A stretch of 64,000 bases of DNA from Cytophagales bacterium (GTDB taxonomy: Bacteria; Bacteroidota; Bacteroidia; Cytophagales; VRUD01): NCBI GenBank assembly GCA_019456305.1, contig VRUD01000008.1, forward strand, positions 11,222 to 75,221, read 5' to 3'. How positions within the stretch are numbered: the stretch's first letter is position 1; every line of letters starts with the position of its first letter. Positions 59,789 to 64,000 of the stretch are shown here, one piece after another. The notes beneath the pieces were generated by a model. That model was not told where the DNA came from, searched no databases, and worked only from the letters and a program-made list of their open reading frames with translations. The position numbers and the translations under genes are program-made.

Positions 59789-62329
59789 TTAAGGACCACC
59801 CGGAATATCAGGTATAGTTATTGAAACAGTATCTACCGGTGCGACTACGTCAATGCTTCCGTTAATCCATGGATTAGGTACAATAGTTTGAACTGAAGGG
59901 GGCGGGGCAGGTTTATCAATTGTATAACCCGGTGATACTAAATTACTAGTTTCACTTAGGGCATCATTGACTTTTTGCTGTGCTGCTGCGATTTTTTCCG
60001 GAAAAACAGTTTGTAAATGTTGTTGTGTAACTATTCTGGTTTGCTCTCTCGTTGCCAATCTTAAAGTTTCAAATCCTTCCCGTTTTGCCGTAATATGGTA
60101 ACTGAAAGGCGCATTACACAATTGTCCTTGTCCCTGACCTTGGCCAGGTGTGTTTTGTACTACCTTGAATGAAGTAAGTGTTTTATCGGTAATGAATACT
60201 CCGTCTTTACAAAAACCTTCTAATTGAATTTCTACATGGTAAGGCTCATTAGTATTTATTAGTGATAGAAACTCCTCCTCGATATTTATTGTTGCTTCAC
60301 CATTTACAAGCGTGCCAAAACCCAAATCTTCAAACCAAACTTCAGTACTTTCTGAAACATACGTAGTTTTTACTTCACCCAAATGATTCTTAACAATTGC
60401 ATTTTTTGTCCCAACAACATCAAAAACACCAATAACTTCTACATCTCCATCAAAAAGAGCTGCCTTTCCTGCAGGATCAGTAGGATCTTTAAATGCATAT
60501 AAAGCATTACCGCTTGATCCACTGCCGCTTAATGCCTGCACTGCATCTCCATCATTGGCAAAGCTTAATATACCGTTACCCGATCCGTTAGTAGTGGTAA
60601 TTAAGGCGGTTCCTGTACTTGCAGTATTTTCAACATTAAAAGATGCTACTCCCGCAGAACTACCGGAATTGATCCCATGATAACTAAGCCCAAAACCATC
60701 GCTTTCTGAGAAAACCACAGATTCAGCCTGCGTTGCAGGAGCAGTAGTATGGGTACCTGAAAAATGCCCTGCATGTTTTTGCGGGCCTAAAGTATTACTG
60801 TAAGCCCTCATGATGGTACCGGTACCTTCTGCTGTAGCTTCTACAACATTACTGTCATTAGCAGCATTGAAATTATAAAAAAATGCGGTTCTGCCTATTC
60901 CAGTTGTAGCAGCATATAATGCAGTGAAAGCATTGTTATTAGTATTTAAGTTAGCAAACAACCCTGCCACACTGCCAAAGCCTATACCTTGATTTAATGA
61001 AAATAATGTAGGATCATTGACTCCGGTATTATTGATACTATTGAACATACCCGTAATACCGGTTCCGGAATTTGTTACTTCAAGGGCATTGCTTGTATTG
61101 GCTGTATTATTAACTTGAAATGAGCCTGCACCGCCTGTACCAGCAGCTAAGCTAACTCCCCTTATTGCATTGCCTGATCCATTGGTATGTGCCTGCAAGG
61201 CATTGCTGCCATTACCTGTGTTATCAATCTGAAACATACCTGCACGGCCTGTTCCAATAGTGCTGGCCCTTAATACGTCTACACTATGAGAATTATCAAG
61301 GGCGTCAAATGTCCCTATCGGTGTGAGCGGTAAATCAGATTCAACACGCAAAACTGCCTGTGTATTATCTTGATTTATTAAAGATCTGAAATAACCTGCT
61401 GATCCTCTTCCCACAGTCAAACCAACAATTGAAGGCTGGTAATTAGAAAATCCCATATTAAGACCCAAAATTGAATTATTTCCTTGTCCAGTAGGCCCCG
61501 TAAAAGTATTAAAACCTGAAAATGATTGAGCTATAATAACGGGAGCTATATTATTTTGATTAATAGTACTGGCTCCAATTGCTGATGATTGAACCCCTGC
61601 TCCTTCGTGAGCTACACTTACCGTTGGATTGGCACTATTAGTATCACTGGTAAATCTTGCGGCTCCGGTGACAGGTCCAAAGGCTTTGATTAGCAATCCC
61701 CAATGTGCTCCAGGCAGTACTTCAATTTTAACTGATCCATCATCTGCTGTGATAATTCTAGGGAGCCCGGGTGTACCATTATCATAAGCATCGTCCAGCG
61801 TACATCCACAAACAGCCTGCAATGCTACTTTTGCCGTATCAGCTTTAATCGCCACACGTGCAGTATCAGCCATCACAGCTTTTCTGGCTTCGGAAGCGCT
61901 AAAAGCAAAAGGCACTGAGCAGAACTGGGTCGTACCCATATCCCCAAAGTTAGTACCGCCAGTAATATCCATTTCCACTTTCAGGAAATGCTTTTTGCTT
62001 GCCCACTCAACCTCAGAAAAAGTCGCTTTTGCTCCTCCTGTACGCACCCCAGCTCCTATCAGCGCTTCAAACAAGCCGTTAACATCTGTGGCTGGAAAGT
62101 GTGTTTCCTCCCATTCCAACGTTCCATTAATCGTTCCGCTGAAAATGCTTATCCTTAATGATATAAGCTGGTTGCTTACGGGATTTCCCTGCTGGTCTTT
62201 GGCTAATGCCTGGTAACGAACAGCCTGGGGCGTTCCGTTTGCCATATCCTGTGCATTTACAGTGAGCGTTCCTAACGCTCCAAGCGTTAAGAACGCTGAT
62301 AAAACGAGTAATAAATTTGTTGTTTTCAT
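59789..62329 (-). CDS. Exported fibre-like protein (YQALAKD N-domain, Gly/Asn/Thr-rich beta repeats, tail-fibre-chaperone-like C-terminus)
   Basis: RYQALAKD..G.P...W.ETH..SVPFAF; ESTEVWFEDLGFGTLVNG, FSYHITAKR. Confidence 0.7.
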   Translation of the reverse strand: MKTTNLLLVLSAFLTLGALGTLTVNAQDMANGTPQAVRYQALAKDQQGNPVSNQLISLRISIFSGTINGTLEWEETHFPATDVNGLFEALIGAGVRTGGAKATFSEVEWASKKHFLKVEMDITGGTNFGDMGTTQFCSVPFAFSASEARKAVMADTARVAIKADTAKVALQAVCGCTLDDAYDNGTPGLPRIITADDGSVKIEVLPGAHWGLLIKAFGPVTGAARFTSDTNSANPTVSVAHEGAGVQSSAIGASTINQNNIAPVIIAQSFSGFNTFTGPTGQGNNSILGLNMGFSNYQPSIVGLTVGRGSAGYFRSLINQDNTQAVLRVESDLPLTPIGTFDALDNSHSVDVLRASTIGTGRAGMFQIDNTGNGSNALQAHTNGSGNAIRGVSLAAGTGGAGSFQVNNTANTSNALEVTNSGTGITGMFNSINNTGVNDPTLFSLNQGIGFGSVAGLFANLNTNNNAFTALYAATTGIGRTAFFYNFNAANDSNVVEATAEGTGTIMRAYSNTLGPQKHAGHFSGTHTTAPATQAESVVFSESDGFGLSYHGINSGSSAGVASFNVENTASTGTALITTTNGSGNGILSFANDGDAVQALSGSGSSGNALYAFKDPTDPAGKAALFDGDVEVIGVFDVVGTKNAIVKNHLGEVKTTYVSESTEVWFEDLGFGTLVNGEATINIEEEFLSLINTNEPYHVEIQLEGFCKDGVFITDKTLTSFKVVQNTPGQGQGQGQLCNAPFSYHITAKREGFETLRLATREQTRIVTQQHLQTVFPEKIAAAQQKVNDALSETSNLVSPGYTIDKPAPPPSVQTIVPNPWINGSIDVVAPVDTVSITIPDIPGGP

Positions 62330-62396
62330 GATTTTTTTTTTATTCGTCTGACCACTTGCCCTACTCCCTACCCATACATAGTAGTCTGACGAAGAG

Positions 62397-62903
62397 TTAT
62401 TGTTTGATAAGCTTTATTAATGTTTCTTTGGTTTCGTTTTGCTCTACCAGTCCAGTTAAACTTCTTTTATTTAATGGGGTGTAAGTTGTTTTTAAAAAGT
62501 ACATACCATTAGAAAGTCCACTCAAATCAATTTGTATTTCTTCCCTAGTACTCGTGATTGAAGAATAAAAGAACGTTTTATCCTGCGTAACTTTAGCCCC
62601 AATTATATTGTACAATTCTATTTTTAGTTTTCCATTTTCGTTAGCAACAATATTTACAGTAACCATTTCAGTAAAAGGGTTGGGATATATTTTAACACTA
62701 CCCTGGGTTTCTAATTCATCAATAATTGTCCTCTCAGATGATCGAGTTTGCAGTTCCTGGTACATTGGCTGCGTTAAAGATACACCTTTTTGCGAGTTTA
62801 GAACTGAACCAGTTGTAACAATGCTGTAAGATGAGATACTTTGAGCATCTACAAGAGTAGCAAAAAACATTGCTATTAATGACAATAGAATTATTTTTTT
62901 CAT
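62397..62903 (-). CDS. Small T9SS type A CTD protein
   Basis: Signal peptide MKKIILL; VSLTQP; IYPNPF...GMYFLK; start at ATG 62903. Confidence 0.8.
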   Translation of the reverse strand: MKKIILLSLIAMFFATLVDAQSISSYSIVTTGSVLNSQKGVSLTQPMYQELQTRSSERTIIDELETQGSVKIYPNPFTEMVTVNIVANENGKLKIELYNIIGAKVTQDKTFFYSSITSTREEIQIDLSGLSNGMYFLKTTYTPLNKRSLTGLVEQNETKETLIKLIKQ

Positions 62904-63024
62904 GATGTTTAGTAAATTATAGTTTATATGAAAATGCAAATAAACAAAATTTTCCCTTTCCAAGCAAATTTTGTAAGAAATTTGAGAAAGCCAGCAACTT
63001 TTATCGTCATTCATGGCAAAATAT

Positions 63025-63190
63025 TTAGTTTTTGGTTGTTAGTTTTTGGTTATGGTTTGATAGTTTATGGTTATAGTTTTTTAGTTTGTTGGTCGTGCCA
63101 TGAGTCCGGCATTAGCAAACTATTGAACCAATGAACTAAAACTAATAACCAAATAACTAAAACTAATAACCAAAAACCATGAACTAAAAT
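63025..63190. repeat. Inverted TTAGTT/AACTAA array pair
   Basis: ttagtttttggttgttagtttttggttatgg... and ...aactaaaactaataaccaaataactaaaactaataacc. Confidence 0.8.
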
Positions 63191-63939
63191 TATGGTTCAA
63201 AGATTATTTCAGAACTTTGTAAAACGCTCAAAGCATCCCCCCCCTCACAAAACAAAAGATCAATAATGCTTAGATTGGCAGCAAATTTATTTCCAAAAAG
63301 CTGCTGGTAGTGACATGGTTTGAATAAATGTTTGCTTTCTTTTTTTTGGTTAATCACGTTTCTCATGTCATAAGTATTATCAGCAGGCGTTTCATTTGTA
63401 GAGACGTTGCATGTTGAAGATTCTCTGAAATCCCGATTTGTCGGGGCAACGTCTCTACAAATGAAACGTTCCGTGAATTCAATCCCACATTTTACCTGCA
63501 ATAACTTTAGGCAAAGATCAAGCATTTCTGTGTTCAGATCAAATAAATACTTGATCTTCTTAAAAAGGATTTCCCTGAAAAATTCGGCATAAAATTCAAA
63601 ATAAGGCGCTTTGCCGTAAGCAGATCGAATAGAATTCCAATGATTGTTTACCCAGTTCTGGTTATAATCTATTTGCACATCTTTATATAATATTTTTGTA
63701 TTCTGCTTGCCCTGCTCCCCCAACTGTGTCTGGGTCTTCGACCTGCCCCACGCTCCCTGCTTTTTTACAGGTATTGACAGCATCTGCACCTTATTGGCTG
63801 AAAGGATATAACAACGGCTGCGGTAGCTCTGCTTTTCAAAAAATTCGTTTGCTTCTATCTCAATTTGCTTGAATTTTATTAAATGGCAAAAATATTCAAT
63901 ACAAGGAAGGTAATGTAGTTCAATTAGTAACTTTTGCAT
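63190..63939 (-). CDS. WbqC family protein with two repeat-derived insertions
   Basis: HYLPCIEYF, KQSYRSRC, LSIPV, SAYGKAPYFEFY, Y.Q.F, NLSIIDLLFCEG. Confidence 0.92.
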   Translation of the reverse strand: MQKLLIELHYLPCIEYFCHLIKFKQIEIEANEFFEKQSYRSRCYILSANKVQMLSIPVKKQGAWGRSKTQTQLGEQGKQNTKILYKDVQIDYNQNWVNNHWNSIRSAYGKAPYFEFYAEFFREILFKKIKYLFDLNTEMLDLCLKLLQVKCGIEFTERFICRDVAPTNRDFRESSTCNVSTNETPADNTYDMRNVINQKKESKHLFKPCHYQQLFGNKFAANLSIIDLLFCEGGDALSVLQSSEIIFEP

Positions 63940-64000
63940 GTTGCTTTTTAAAAAATAAAATTTAACTTTATAATTTAACGGTTTTTGTTAGTTTTTCAAA

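Noticed and set aside
59789..62329. Prophage tail gene
   Set aside because: Has a signal peptide and T9SS neighbours; no other phage genes nearby.

Overview
AT-rich Bacteroidota chromosome segment, probably Cytophagales-like; the evidence is T9SS C-terminal domains, TAnnTTTG promoters, glutamine synthetase III and a short primary sigma factor. It carries housekeeping genes (ispG, mlaEF, ftcD, hutI, dcd, gap, meaB, rpoD-type sigma, pnp, rpsO, priA, GSIII, tig-clpP-clpX, lpxB, queD), tRNA-Glu and tRNA-Leu, several T9SS-secreted proteins and TA modules. The dominant unusual signal is a dense set of short repeat elements. These are GTAG-type REP palindromes, a recurrent CCCGAGTACTCGGG core, CCTGCC..GGCAGG palindromes, MITEs and many different 7-8 bp tandem arrays arranged as inverted arms. 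They nest inside one another and sit in frame inside about a dozen otherwise intact genes, including priA, ispG, hutI and lpxB. The inverted arrays flank one intact and one internally deleted four-helix-bundle gene, suggesting a small mobile unit. There are also integron-like gene cassettes with attC-type ends and no integrase in the window, one attC being interrupted by a MITE. Other oddities are a trigger factor apparently lacking its central domain, a GldM-N/TPR lipoprotein fusion and a CHASE2 sensor with no output domain. All family assignments come from motif recognition; no database searches were run.
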